A DNA stretch of 64,000 bases, taken from the NCBI GenBank assembly GCA_036679645.1, contig JAZDCY010000063.1, positions 34,795-98,794 on the forward strand, given 5' to 3'. The notes below the pieces were generated by a model that ran no database searches, had not been told where the DNA came from, and worked only from the letters and a program-made list of their open reading frames with translations. The DNA is from Gemmatimonadota bacterium. Its GTDB lineage: Bacteria; Gemmatimonadota; Gemmatimonadetes; Gemmatimonadales; GWC2-71-9. Position 1 is the first letter of the stretch, and each line of letters starts with the position of its first letter. The position numbers were made by a program, and so were the translations under genes. Shown in pieces: positions 51,101 through 60,136 of this stretch.

Positions 51101-54100
51101 ACCGGGTACGGTGGCATTCACGTTGGTCATCCCCTCGCCGGTGGCGGTGACGAGTCCGGTTTGATCGACATCTGCAATTGCGGCGTTGTCCGATGTCCAC
51201 GTCGGCGTCACTCCGGAGATCGGATTTCCTCCCGCCTCCAGAATGCTGACCGTCGCTTGTCTCGTGTCACCACTGGCCACCAGCGGGATGGGCCCCGGAT
51301 CGGGATTGATGGTGAGGCTCGCACCAAGGTATCCGCGGAAGATGTTGCCGTTGGACGTTACGCCGACAACGACCGTATTGGGCGTGCCGATCATTCCCTG
51401 GAATGCTCCGGAGGAGGCGAAGCTAAAGCTCGCGATACGTGTCCACCCCACGCCGTCGTAGTGCCAGATTTCCTCGTTCGATCCCTGGGACCCGGTCGCG
51501 TAAATGTCCTGTCGACCCAGGCCCGCTATCTGCGTAAAAAACGTGCCCGACAAAACCTGGGTGGGTGTCCAGGTCGTGCCGTTGTAGTGCAGCAGCGTAT
51601 CGCGGGCCGCGGTCGCCCACACGTCGTTGCCGGCAGCGCCCCAGATGTCGATGATGTTTTGCGCCGTCCCGGACCCCACAGGTGCCCAGCTCCCCGTGTA
51701 GTGCACGAGTGTACCGCTCCGGCCAGCCGCCCAGACGTCCACCGCCGACGAACCCCAGATCGTGAAGAGGTCCTGGACCTGTCCGGTATTCATCTGCGTC
51801 CATGACGAGCCGTCCCAGTGACTCACGTTCCCCTGCGGCAGAGCGATCCACAGATCGTCCGGCGCACGTGCCCAGATACCCGACACGCCGCCGCCTGTCT
51901 GCGCCGCGAGCTGCGCCCACTGATTGCCGTCGTATTGGAACACCTCGCCGGTACCCGCCCCAACCCAGATATCGGTGGGCGAGAGCCCCCAAATCGCTCC
52001 GAGGCTCAGCGTCCCCGCGCCAATATCCACAATGCTCCATGAGGTGCCGTTCCAATGAACCACCGCTCCGCCCGTGCCTACACCCCACACGTCGTTCGTG
52101 GCGGAGCCCCACACGCCCTGGAGATTCTGCGCGCCGGCAACCGGAGACCCGTCGTCCGCCCACACGTTCGCCAACGCCAAACCGTCGACGACGACCGTCA
52201 CTGTCGCGGTTCCCAGCACATTCCCCACCGCTGCGGTGACGGTCGTTTGCCCGGGTCCAACTGCGGTGACGAGTCCGGTCCCGCCTGCGGTCGCTACGTT
52301 TGCGTTGAAGGTGCCCCACATGACGGGGACCGGGACAACGTTGTTGAGCGAGTCCCGTACTACTGCCGAGAGTTGGGACGTGCTCCCAACGCCGTCGATC
52401 GTTGGCCCGTCCGGTGTTAACGTGACGGATGCGACCCCAGCTGCTGCTACCGTCACCGTAACCGTACCCATCGCGCCACCAACCGCAACCGCGTCCACCT
52501 GCGACGCACCGGGCGACAGCGCTGTCACGAACCCAGTGCCGTCCACCGAGATAACCGTGGGGGTGATGGCGTTCCACGTGAACGGGATCGCCGGAATCGG
52601 CACGTCATTGAATTGGCGCGCTTCTGCCGACAGCTGGACCGTCGCGCCCAGCGACGAGAGCGACGGGCTCAGCGGCGTCACGACAACCTGCGGGACGCTC
52701 AGATTCAATGCGAGATCTGTCCCGGAGAAGCTCTCGTACAGCTTGAACGCCCCGGTCCCGCCGAAATCGAGAGACGTAAGGTCACTGAAACCACTGTTGC
52801 GCGTAGTGAACGTGATAATCTGATGCGTGTTGCCGTACGTGAAGCCGAACGCCGTGCCCGGGATCACGTTCAATTCCCCGTCGAGCGTGATCGTCCCCGT
52901 AACCACGAGCTGGTCCTGATCGACCCCGGGCGTCATGCCGTTGATCTCGATGTCGAGCACGCTCGTTGGTCCCAACGTCACGTCGCCGTTGATGGTAAGG
53001 ATCCCGAAGCCAGTGCTCGGCCCGACATCGATCGTGCCCGAGTTAGTCATGCTGGCTGTCGTGACGTCGAGCGTCCCACCGCCCTCGAGGGACCCTGCGT
53101 TGCTGAATCCGGCGGTTCCCTGCACGAAGAGCAGATTGCCCGGATCGATCGAGACGGTGCCGGAGACCGTGTTGTCCATACTCGTGATCGTGAGATTGCC
53201 ACCCACCTGCACAAATCCAGAATTGGTCAGCGCGCCACCAGCGATCGTTGAGGTCCCCGGCGCCGTGACCGTGAGGCTGCCCTGGTTGTCGATGGGTGCG
53301 CTGATGAAGCCCGCGACTCCACTCAGGTCGATGGAGCCGGTCGGCGAGTTTACGATGCTCCCGGCGGACGTGAGGTCGAGCGTGACGTTGCCGAGTCCCG
53401 CAAACACACCGCCGAGACTCAGGCTTCCGTTGTTCGTGAACGGCTGCGTTACGTCGAGTCGGGTCGTCTCACCGTCCACGTCGATCGAAGACGTGACCGT
53501 CGTGGAAATGACGCCGTCGATTCTATTGACGCCCGTCGCCGCCTGGAGAAACCCGCTGTTCCCGATCGGGCCAAACAGCTGGGAAGCATTGAGAAACACG
53601 TCGCCCGCGTTGTCGAGCGTATCGACGACCACACTCGCGTTGGTGATATCCAAAGTCCCGCCGGCCAGAACGGACAACCCACCCGCGACGCTTACCGTAT
53701 TCCCGTCGAAAAAGACCGTCGCGGTGTTGGGAATGGTCAGGCCGCCCGAGAAGTTCGACGCCGTGTTCGTGAGATCCAGGATCGAATTCAGACCGAACGT
53801 GACGGTGCCACTCGCCTGATGCTCGAATACGCCGGTGAAGATGCCGAAGGTAGCCGTATCGGCCACCAGGAGCGACCCGCTGTTCGTGAAGGTGCCCGTC
53901 ACGTCCACCGACCCGCCGTTCACCGATGTGCTGAACGACCCGAGGTTGTTGACCTCGATCGCGTCGACAGTCCCGCCGTCGAAAAAGACGCCACCGGTCA
54001 CGAAGAGTGTATCCGCAAAGACAGTGTTGGAGCTTGGCGTGAAGAGACCGTCGAGCACGACGTCCATGCGCTCTGTGACGGTCAACGACGGAACGCCGAG

Positions 54101-56407
54101 TGCGAGAGTCTGTTGCGTGGCCCCCGTTCCCGACCCGAGCGTGAGTCGAGCGACGGTGGCCACAACGTCGACGGTCACCTGGTAGTTACCGCTCAGCCCG
54201 ATCAAAACCGTGTCCGTCGCACCGGGAACCACGCCGGTGCTCCAGTTCGATCCGACACTCCACAAACCGCCCGCGGCATTCGTCCACTGCACACCAGCGA
54301 TGGCCGTCGCCGAGAAGGTCCGGTTGAATCCCGCGCCGGTCACGTTCACGCTCTGCCCGCCTGCCGCTGCACCGAGGGTCCATGTAACAGACGCATCGCC
54401 GGCGGCATCGGTGGTCGTTGTGGCAGCCGAGAGCGTACCGCCGCCCGTCGCAACGGCCCAATTCACCGCAACCCCCGCCACGCCCGTCCCGCCGGCATCG
54501 ACAATCCGGACAGCGAGCGGTTGGGCGAGCGCGCTTCCACTAAAGCCGACCTGCCCATCGCCGCCGGTCTTGTTCAGCGCCGAGGCTGCCGGCGCCACGG
54601 CCAACCCGACCGCGCTCGACACCGTATCGAACGCCGCCGCGATGTTCGCGGTCCCCGCACTCACCGCTGTCGCGTTCCCGGTTGCGTCAACCGTCGCGAC
54701 ACCGGTGTTGTCGCTCGACCAGTTGATCGTCGGTCCAACGATCGCCGAGCCAAGCGGATCGAGCACGCTCGCGGTGAACTGTGCCGTGCCGCCTATGAAC
54801 GTGATCGTGTCCTGTGGCGGCGAGATCGAGAGCGACGCCGCGGCTTGCGCGACAGTGATAGCAACCGTGCCAACAACGGGCGGCTGCATGGTAGTCGCTG
54901 CGATGCTACTGGTCCCGGGCTCCGACGGGCGATCCCCCTTGCCGCGTCGCCGAATCAGTCGCTCGCTCTCGTTACGTGCGGGCCTGTCCTCCACCGGGGG
55001 CGGGCTGGCCGCAGGCGTCACGCTCGTCGCCGTAATGTTGGCCGTGCCGTTGCCAGTTGCCGTCACGAGACCGTTCACATCTACCGTCGCGACCGAGGAG
55101 TCGTCGGTCGCCCAGATGAACGTCACGCCAGTGACGATCGCGTTCCCCGCGTATGCATCGGCGCTGAGTTGCTGCTGCGCCGTCAGCGCGTTGAACGCGA
55201 TCGCCCCGGGATTCACCACGAGAGAGTCGAGCGGAGGAATGGCGCAGCTCGTCCCTGTGTTATTGGCGCCGGGTACGTGGAAAATATCCAGCTCGTACGC
55301 CCCCGTCGTACCCCCGACACCGGTGACCTGCACGAAGAACGGCCCATCGGTGGGCAACTGCAGCTCGAGAAGGGCGTCGGTGATCCCGCCGAAGTCGTCG
55401 TTCTGATCCAGGATCGTCGTCCCGTCTGCGGCGAACAACCGCAGAAACGTGTTCAGTGGCGATGGTTGAGTGAGCCCTGCCGCGATGGCGTCGACAATGA
55501 GAGAATCCTGCTGACAGGCATCCAGCCCGAACCAGTCCTCGTCAGTAGACGGGGCGATGTTGAGTTGCGTCAATAGCCCGTCCGCGGCCGCACCGAACCC
55601 GAGATTGGGTGCGCCGGCCGGATCGTCACCGCTGGTTCCCGACGCCTCCGCGCTGACCGTCGTCGAACGGGACGCGCCCGGCGCGCCTGTGATTCCAGTC
55701 GCCGTCGCCCGCACCCGCACGTTCCACGCGCCAACGTTGTTCACCGCGATAACCGCGTTCGTACTGTCTCCCACGGAGGTGCTGCGTGCGCCTGCGAAGT
55801 TCGAATCGAGACTCGCCTCCACGCGATAGCCGGAAGCACCCGTGACCGCGCTCCAAGTCACGGGGAAGATGAGCCGCGTCCCGGGAGAGGCGATCGCGTT
55901 CAGCGCGGGCTTGAAGGACACCAACGTGAGGCTGGCGGGAGTCGAGCCGCCGGCGACCACCGTGACGCCTGACCTCGATCCCGATTCCGCAAGCTCGTTG
56001 GTGCCCTCGAATGCCTGCACTGTGACGGTGTAGTCGCCGGGCTGCAGGCTCTCGATCGAGCCTTCCCAGAAATCGTCCACCAGCGTGAGGTTGGTCGTAC
56101 GCGATCCGGAGGGGCCATCCGCCGTGGCCCGTACCGAGGTAAAGCTGGCCACGGCGAACGAGGGCTGGAGATCCACACGCCCCGCCGAGTCACCGGGCGT
56201 CTCGGGCTCACCTGCCTGGGTGGGGAAGCCTTTCGCGGCTCGCAGCTGTGCTATGGCCTCCTGGACGGAAAGACGGCTCTGCTCGCCGGCGAATTGGACG
56301 TTGAGAACGATCGATCCGGTCGTTGGGACGTCGAGCTCGTCTTCGCACGCCAGGGCGAGCGCTACGGCGGACAGGAGTCCGGCGACTACGAAACGTCTGG
56401 ATATCAT
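48182..56407 (-). CDS. Giant (~2740 aa) surface lipoprotein: FN3-like, PPC, Big_2 Ig repeats, beta-helix passenger-like region, beta-propeller and RCC1 repeats
   Basis: Lipobox ALAC; W.sdn..VATVD..G.VTA Ig repeats; N.G.l passenger-like repeats; vWG...dvWa.G repeats; many G..HtC.....G.a.CWG.n..GQLG RCC1 repeats. Confidence 0.88.
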   Translation of the reverse strand: MISRRFVVAGLLSAVALALACEDELDVPTTGSIVLNVQFAGEQSRLSVQEAIAQLRAAKGFPTQAGEPETPGDSAGRVDLQPSFAVASFTSVRATADGPSGSRTTNLTLVDDFWEGSIESLQPGDYTVTVQAFEGTNELAESGSRSGVTVVAGGSTPASLTLVSFKPALNAIASPGTRLIFPVTWSAVTGASGYRVEASLDSNFAGARSTSVGDSTNAVIAVNNVGAWNVRVRATATGITGAPGASRSTTVSAEASGTSGDDPAGAPNLGFGAAADGLLTQLNIAPSTDEDWFGLDACQQDSLIVDAIAAGLTQPSPLNTFLRLFAADGTTILDQNDDFGGITDALLELQLPTDGPFFVQVTGVGGTTGAYELDIFHVPGANNTGTSCAIPPLDSLVVNPGAIAFNALTAQQQLSADAYAGNAIVTGVTFIWATDDSSVATVDVNGLVTATGNGTANITATSVTPAASPPPVEDRPARNESERLIRRRGKGDRPSEPGTSSIAATTMQPPVVGTVAITVAQAAASLSISPPQDTITFIGGTAQFTASVLDPLGSAIVGPTINWSSDNTGVATVDATGNATAVSAGTANIAAAFDTVSSAVGLAVAPAASALNKTGGDGQVGFSGSALAQPLAVRIVDAGGTGVAGVAVNWAVATGGGTLSAATTTTDAAGDASVTWTLGAAAGGQSVNVTGAGFNRTFSATAIAGVQWTNAAGGLWSVGSNWSTGVVPGATDTVLIGLSGNYQVTVDVVATVARLTLGSGTGATQQTLALGVPSLTVTERMDVVLDGLFTPSSNTVFADTLFVTGGVFFDGGTVDAIEVNNLGSFSTSVNGGSVDVTGTFTNSGSLLVADTATFGIFTGVFEHQASGTVTFGLNSILDLTNTASNFSGGLTIPNTATVFFDGNTVSVAGGLSVLAGGTLDITNASVVVDTLDNAGDVFLNASQLFGPIGNSGFLQAATGVNRIDGVISTTVTSSIDVDGETTRLDVTQPFTNNGSLSLGGVFAGLGNVTLDLTSAGSIVNSPTGSIDLSGVAGFISAPIDNQGSLTVTAPGTSTIAGGALTNSGFVQVGGNLTITSMDNTVSGTVSIDPGNLLFVQGTAGFSNAGSLEGGGTLDVTTASMTNSGTIDVGPSTGFGILTINGDVTLGPTSVLDIEINGMTPGVDQDQLVVTGTITLDGELNVIPGTAFGFTYGNTHQIITFTTRNSGFSDLTSLDFGGTGAFKLYESFSGTDLALNLSVPQVVVTPLSPSLSSLGATVQLSAEARQFNDVPIPAIPFTWNAITPTVISVDGTGFVTALSPGASQVDAVAVGGAMGTVTVTVAAAGVASVTLTPDGPTIDGVGSTSQLSAVVRDSLNNVVPVPVMWGTFNANVATAGGTGLVTAVGPGQTTVTAAVGNVLGTATVTVVVDGLALANVWADDGSPVAGAQNLQGVWGSATNDVWGVGTGGAVVHWNGTSWSIVDIGAGTLSLGAIWGLSPTDIWVGAGTGEVFQYDGNQWAQLAAQTGGGVSGIWARAPDDLWIALPQGNVSHWDGSSWTQMNTGQVQDLFTIWGSSAVDVWAAGRSGTLVHYTGSWAPVGSGTAQNIIDIWGAAGNDVWATAARDTLLHYNGTTWTPTQVLSGTFFTQIAGLGRQDIYATGSQGSNEEIWHYDGVGWTRIASFSFASSGAFQGMIGTPNTVVVGVTSNGNIFRGYLGASLTINPDPGPIPLVASGDTRQATVSILEAGGNPISGVTPTWTSDNAAIADVDQTGLVTATGEGMTNVNATVPGGATDLVPVDANFGFTGSVVVTGTGAFADPVRMIPGNVPWDGDELVLVSGEEPWIDFQSLDSIIFRIPDVPVGTQQIEVFNQGPNDFMQTANLSVVTGFDRRDVSTALEIAGVSFPIVMFVSLEDDGGDPNATLPNGIDDHYWAVNPSASNLALRVTLEWQTAADLNIFWTDNVGTCCNGNLDGAGFATPEVSGEVIPTLGDWRLQINKTDRGTPRLMARVTIEQTSIGTSITAGEFHSCAISVDGGAQCWGSNNVGQLGDGTQNTSTTPVDVMGGLTFIDLSAGDKHTCGVVEGGDAYCWGLGSSGQLGNGGFTSSDAPVLVSGGLAFSQISAGSFHTCGLEVSGGGIYCWGAGFNGQLGNGGTAFSPSPTQISDARVFIGVAAGGTHSCAVDLLGTAFCWGNNFSGQLGDGTNSQSNIPIAVTSVPLRTFQDIEAGGNHTCAIMDNASAYCWGTGAVSGWGSGSSTNSPLLVSGGLSWEKLSDGGNHACGVTTTNQVRCWGQGEFGRLGSGGTTDVTTPVAVSGFAASGVSVAAGGYHSCAIDTDGNASCWGRASNGQLGDATTLTSSPQLVSTDGYTSVTSGTRHTCARNTTVGVIECWGEGSDGQIGNGSFVGTAGPVTVSGTLGASTVLLDAGDRHTCAVRTSDSTAWCWGANGDGQLGIGSFTSSSIPVVLPGKWTNISAGLRHTCGIDGSRKLWCWGGNSNGQLGDGTTTTSNVPVRVWNPAGTGPWGNGAEDVSAGAFHTCSVGDSVGAGGEFVDCWGFNGVGELGNGTSGSGASSSLPVRISAGNLFLEVALGFQYSCANGVDGSPVIYCWGGNAGGQFGDGTIQSSNTPRFVLSGFANGTLLGVSSGTFEGHSCSRSSCWGNNPFGQVGNGSQTNALTPSAFASAGPFAEVAPARSHSCGARASDGAMYCWGDNSEGFLGLGTIDIRLGPVAVVQNNPFQIRASSAGGTSTTMSEVRPPKLQR

Positions 56408-56421
56408 CGTCTCCGTCCCCA

Positions 56422-58054
56422 CTAACGATTCGGGACGCGAATCGTGATCGATCCGGTGGTGGTAGGCGGGGCCTTATCGGTGGGGGCACCGCCTCCGCCG
56501 AGGAGCACCGCGGCCAGGACGGCCGCGCCGCCGCCGCCGAGTATACCCAGAATCCAGGGGAACCCACCGCCACCCCCCTCCTGAGGCTCAACCGCGGCGC
56601 GCGGCTGCTGCGCCACCTGTTCCGGATTGACCGTCAGACGATCGGCAACACCGGGGCGCAACGCGAACTCCACCGTGCGTTGCACCTGACCGTTGACCGT
56701 GAGTTCGAGTCGATACCGCCCCTCCGCACCCGCGTAGGTGAAGGGCACGAAAGACGTCTGGCCCAACTCGGGCCATTGCCAGTCGTCGAGCGGCGTCACC
56801 CGGGCGACGGGCTTCTGCAGCGATGACGTGATCGCGACCGACCCGAAGAGGTGGCTCTCGGCACTCCCGACCTGCGCGAACGTCCGGGTCCGCTGAGCGG
56901 ACACGTTCTGGCGCGCCCGGTCTAACAACGCCCCAGCGCGCGGCGCGGGGAATGCCAGGCGTCCGCCCGTGGAAAGACCGACCAACGCGCCCTGCTGATC
57001 GAACAGCGGGCTGCCGAACACCGCGTTGGCAATGGAATCGCTGAGTACCAGCGCACCGGTGGGGCGATTCTGCCAACTGCTGACACGCAACCGCTCCTCG
57101 GATGGTGACGAACAGTTCGGTAACGCGACTCCCCACACGTACTGCCCGTCCGCTATCGCGGCGGCCAGGGGCAGGGAATCGGTCCCGCTCATCGGCACGG
57201 CGAGCACGGCTACGTCAGCGCCCGCATCGTACGCCGCGACGCGCACGTTCTGGGTCACACGCCGCGGCCCGAGCGTGACATCCACCCGGTCGGCGCCTCG
57301 CACGGCACTGTACGTCGTGAGCAGAAGTCCGTTGCGTCCCACGAGGGCGCCGGCACCGCAAACGGCATCGGTGCCAAAGCGGCGTACCGTGAGGCTCGCC
57401 ACGCGGCCCAAATGAGACCACGGTTGTGACGCCGGGGAGCACCTCGCGCGTCACCTCGACGGTCTGGAAGCCCTGCGCACTCGCGCGTATCACATAGCTG
57501 CCGGGTGCCAGTCCCAGACCCCGTCCGGCAATGACGACACCGCCACCTAGAACCAGTACGTCGACCGGGACAGGCAGAGCCATTGGCGTGATGTCTACTC
57601 GGCCCTGCCCACCGCCCGGATCACCCGATGGCCAGCTGTAGGCAGTCGTCGTGAGGGCGTCACCGGGTTGAGCCGCCGCCGCCGCGCGCCCGGCCTCGAG
57701 AGAGTCAACGACCTCCGAGACGAGGTTGATTTCATCGAGCCGCATCGTCGGTGCGAGCCGCATACCCCAACGCGCCCAGACACCGGCTTGAGCAACCTGC
57801 CCCTGATCGAACAGCGTCTGCACGACGTACTGCACACCGACTGCCCAGAGAGAGTCTCGCGCTCCCGTCGTCGGATTGACCCCGCGCCGGAGCAACGGGA
57901 GAGCGCGGTCGGGATCGAAGTCATTGAATGCTTGGATTCCCTGTTGCAGAAGGGTGCGCGGGTCCTGTGCTTCGAGGCGCCCCGCAGCGACGGCCACTCC
58001 CACCAACACTACCGCAAGGATCGCGATCTTGAACGACGTTTTGGTCACGGGCAT
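56422..58054 (-). CDS. Secreted PEGA + trypsin-like-fold protein, split by a frameshift/deletion near 57412
   Basis: Signal peptide; PGSYVIRASAQGF...REVLPGVTTVV (PEGA); second frame GLLLTTYSAV, DVAVL, GSPLFDQQGALVGL (S1 fold, catalytic His/Ser apparently replaced); 1-nt overlap with the kinase stop. Confidence 0.7.
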
Positions 58055-59874
58055 TACTGTCTCCGCGGGCGAAGAACAACCAGTGTAGTCTCACCGGCGC
58101 TCAGTGTGACCGTCGTGTCGGCCACGGCGCCGCTGCTGCGAACCTGTATCGAGTGCGGCACGCCCGCGGTCACCCGGTGAAGTACCGAGCGCCGCTCGCC
58201 GAAAGACTGACCATCGATGATGATCTCGCCACCGCCGGCGGCCCGTACGCCGACGCGGAGCCACGCGTACGTGGGGCCCGCCGGAGCGGGCTGCGCCCGT
58301 GCCGGTGTTGGGTTCCGTGCCGCCGGACGCGGCGTTTGCCGCACGGGTTGCTGTACAACCTGAATACGTGGGAAGGACAACCGCACCGCCACATTGGCCG
58401 CGACGTCCACATCAACCGCGTAGTCCTCATAGCCTCGCGCGCGCATTTCAATTCGGTGGGAGCCCGGTTCGAGATCGAACTCCGTTCCGGTGCGCCGCTC
58501 GCCGTCAATCGTGACGGTTCCGCTAGCTGGAAATCGCGAGACGGTGACGCGGCCAGTGGCGGGCGCCACCGATCGGGGATCTGCCGACATCACGCTGTCG
58601 GCGGGCCCCCCGGGGACACCGTTACCCGCTTGTTGTTGTGCCAGCTGTGATGCGGCCGCAGGAGTCGTCGAGTCATCACCACCGCCGCTCGTCGCCACGA
58701 AGACGCCAACAACACCTACCACGACGGCAGCGGCGGCAATGGCCGGAAGCGTCATCCTCTTCTTCAGCGTCCCGACCGGCTGTGTCTGAGGCATCGGGGT
58801 GGTCGGTGTGGCGGGACTCGCAGCGCCGGGAATGCTAGCTCCACCCGTTGACGCGGACGCGCCGACCGACGCCGGGACGACGAGAGTGGCGACATCGCTC
58901 GCCGACGTGCGCCCACCGGCACTCTCGCGTGGCTTCCGCAACGCCTCGACGAAGTCGGTCACCGTGCGGAATCGGCGGTCCGCGTCCTTCTCCAGAGACT
59001 TGTGGATGGCGAGATACACGTGCCGGGGAAGGTCAGGGGCAACCGTCTCGAGAGGATGCGGCGGCATCATGCAGTGCTTGTGCAGAATGTCGATGGCGGA
59101 ATCGCCCTCGAACGGCAGCTGGCCCGAGAGCATGCGATACGCCATCACACCTGTCGAGTATTGATCGGCGGCGCCGGTTACCGGTTTGCCCATCCCCTGT
59201 TCGGGCGACATGAAGTACGGCGTACCGATGACCGATCCAGACGCCGTGAGCGTCCCTTCCGTTAACGCCTTGGCAATGCCAAAATCCGTCACGACTACAC
59301 GGCCGCGGCTGTCGAGCATCACGTTCGCGGGCTTGACGTCGCGATGGATGACGCTGTGCTCGTGGCCGTAGTCCAGCGCGTCGGCCACCTGCGCCAGGAT
59401 CTTGATCGTCTCCGCGAGGCCGAAAACGTTCCGCTCCTTGAGCAGCTCATCGAGCCCACGGCCCTCGAGGTACTTCATGGCATACCAGAAGAGCTTTCCG
59501 CCAGACGAGATGCGGTAGATGGGGATGATGTTTGGATGATCGAGCGCGGCCGCCGTCTTGGCCTCGCGTTTGAAGCGTTCCACGCCGTGCCCAAACGTCA
59601 ACTCCGGCGGCAACACCTTGATGGCAACATTGCGCGAGAGATGGACCTCCGTGGCGAGATACACTACCGCCATCCCACCGCGGCCCAGCATTCTCCCGAT
59701 CTCGAATTCGCCCTGGGTGTCTTCGCGGAGCAGGGCCTCCATGTGGTTGAAGGCCCCCTGGTCCATGGCGGCGGTGGCCGCCGCCTGACCCTCGGCATCC
59801 GATACCTGCGAACCGCAGGCCTGACAGAACCGGGCGTCGTCCGGGACGGGTGTGGCGCAGTGGGTACACTGCAT
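58054..59874 (-). CDS. Membrane Ser/Thr protein kinase with N-terminal zinc ribbon and extracellular PEGA domains
   Basis: CTHC...[58 protein letters not shown]. Confidence 0.95.
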   Translation of the reverse strand: MQCTHCATPVPDDARFCQACGSQVSDAEGQAAATAAMDQGAFNHMEALLREDTQGEFEIGRMLGRGGMAVVYLATEVHLSRNVAIKVLPPELTFGHGVERFKREAKTAAALDHPNIIPIYRISSGGKLFWYAMKYLEGRGLDELLKERNVFGLAETIKILAQVADALDYGHEHSVIHRDVKPANVMLDSRGRVVVTDFGIAKALTEGTLTASGSVIGTPYFMSPEQGMGKPVTGAADQYSTGVMAYRMLSGQLPFEGDSAIDILHKHCMMPPHPLETVAPDLPRHVYLAIHKSLEKDADRRFRTVTDFVEALRKPRESAGGRTSASDVATLVVPASVGASASTGGASIPGAASPATPTTPMPQTQPVGTLKKRMTLPAIAAAAVVVGVVGVFVATSGGGDDSTTPAAASQLAQQQAGNGVPGGPADSVMSADPRSVAPATGRVTVSRFPASGTVTIDGERRTGTEFDLEPGSHRIEMRARGYEDYAVDVDVAANVAVRLSFPRIQVVQQPVRQTPRPAARNPTPARAQPAPAGPTYAWLRVGVRAAGGGEIIIDGQSFGERRSVLHRVTAGVPHSIQVRSSGAVADTTVTLSAGETTLVVLRPRRQ

Positions 59875-60136
59875 ACGGCCGGGCTTTCTCCGAGTGATCC
59901 GCTCGGCTAGGGAGTCCTTTTTCCTACGTCATACTACCGGCGGAACTTGCAGCGTCAAGCACGGTCGCATCTCCACCACGGGGGTGAGAATGAAGCCACG
60001 CACCGCCACGCCGGGCCGTGAGCAACGTCACTTGACCGCGGCGGCCCCCTCCACATCTTAGGGCACTCGGGCCGCCCGCATTGCCGCACGCGAGCCGCAG
60101 CCCTCACACCCGAAAGCTCCCGCCAAAGAGGCCCGC

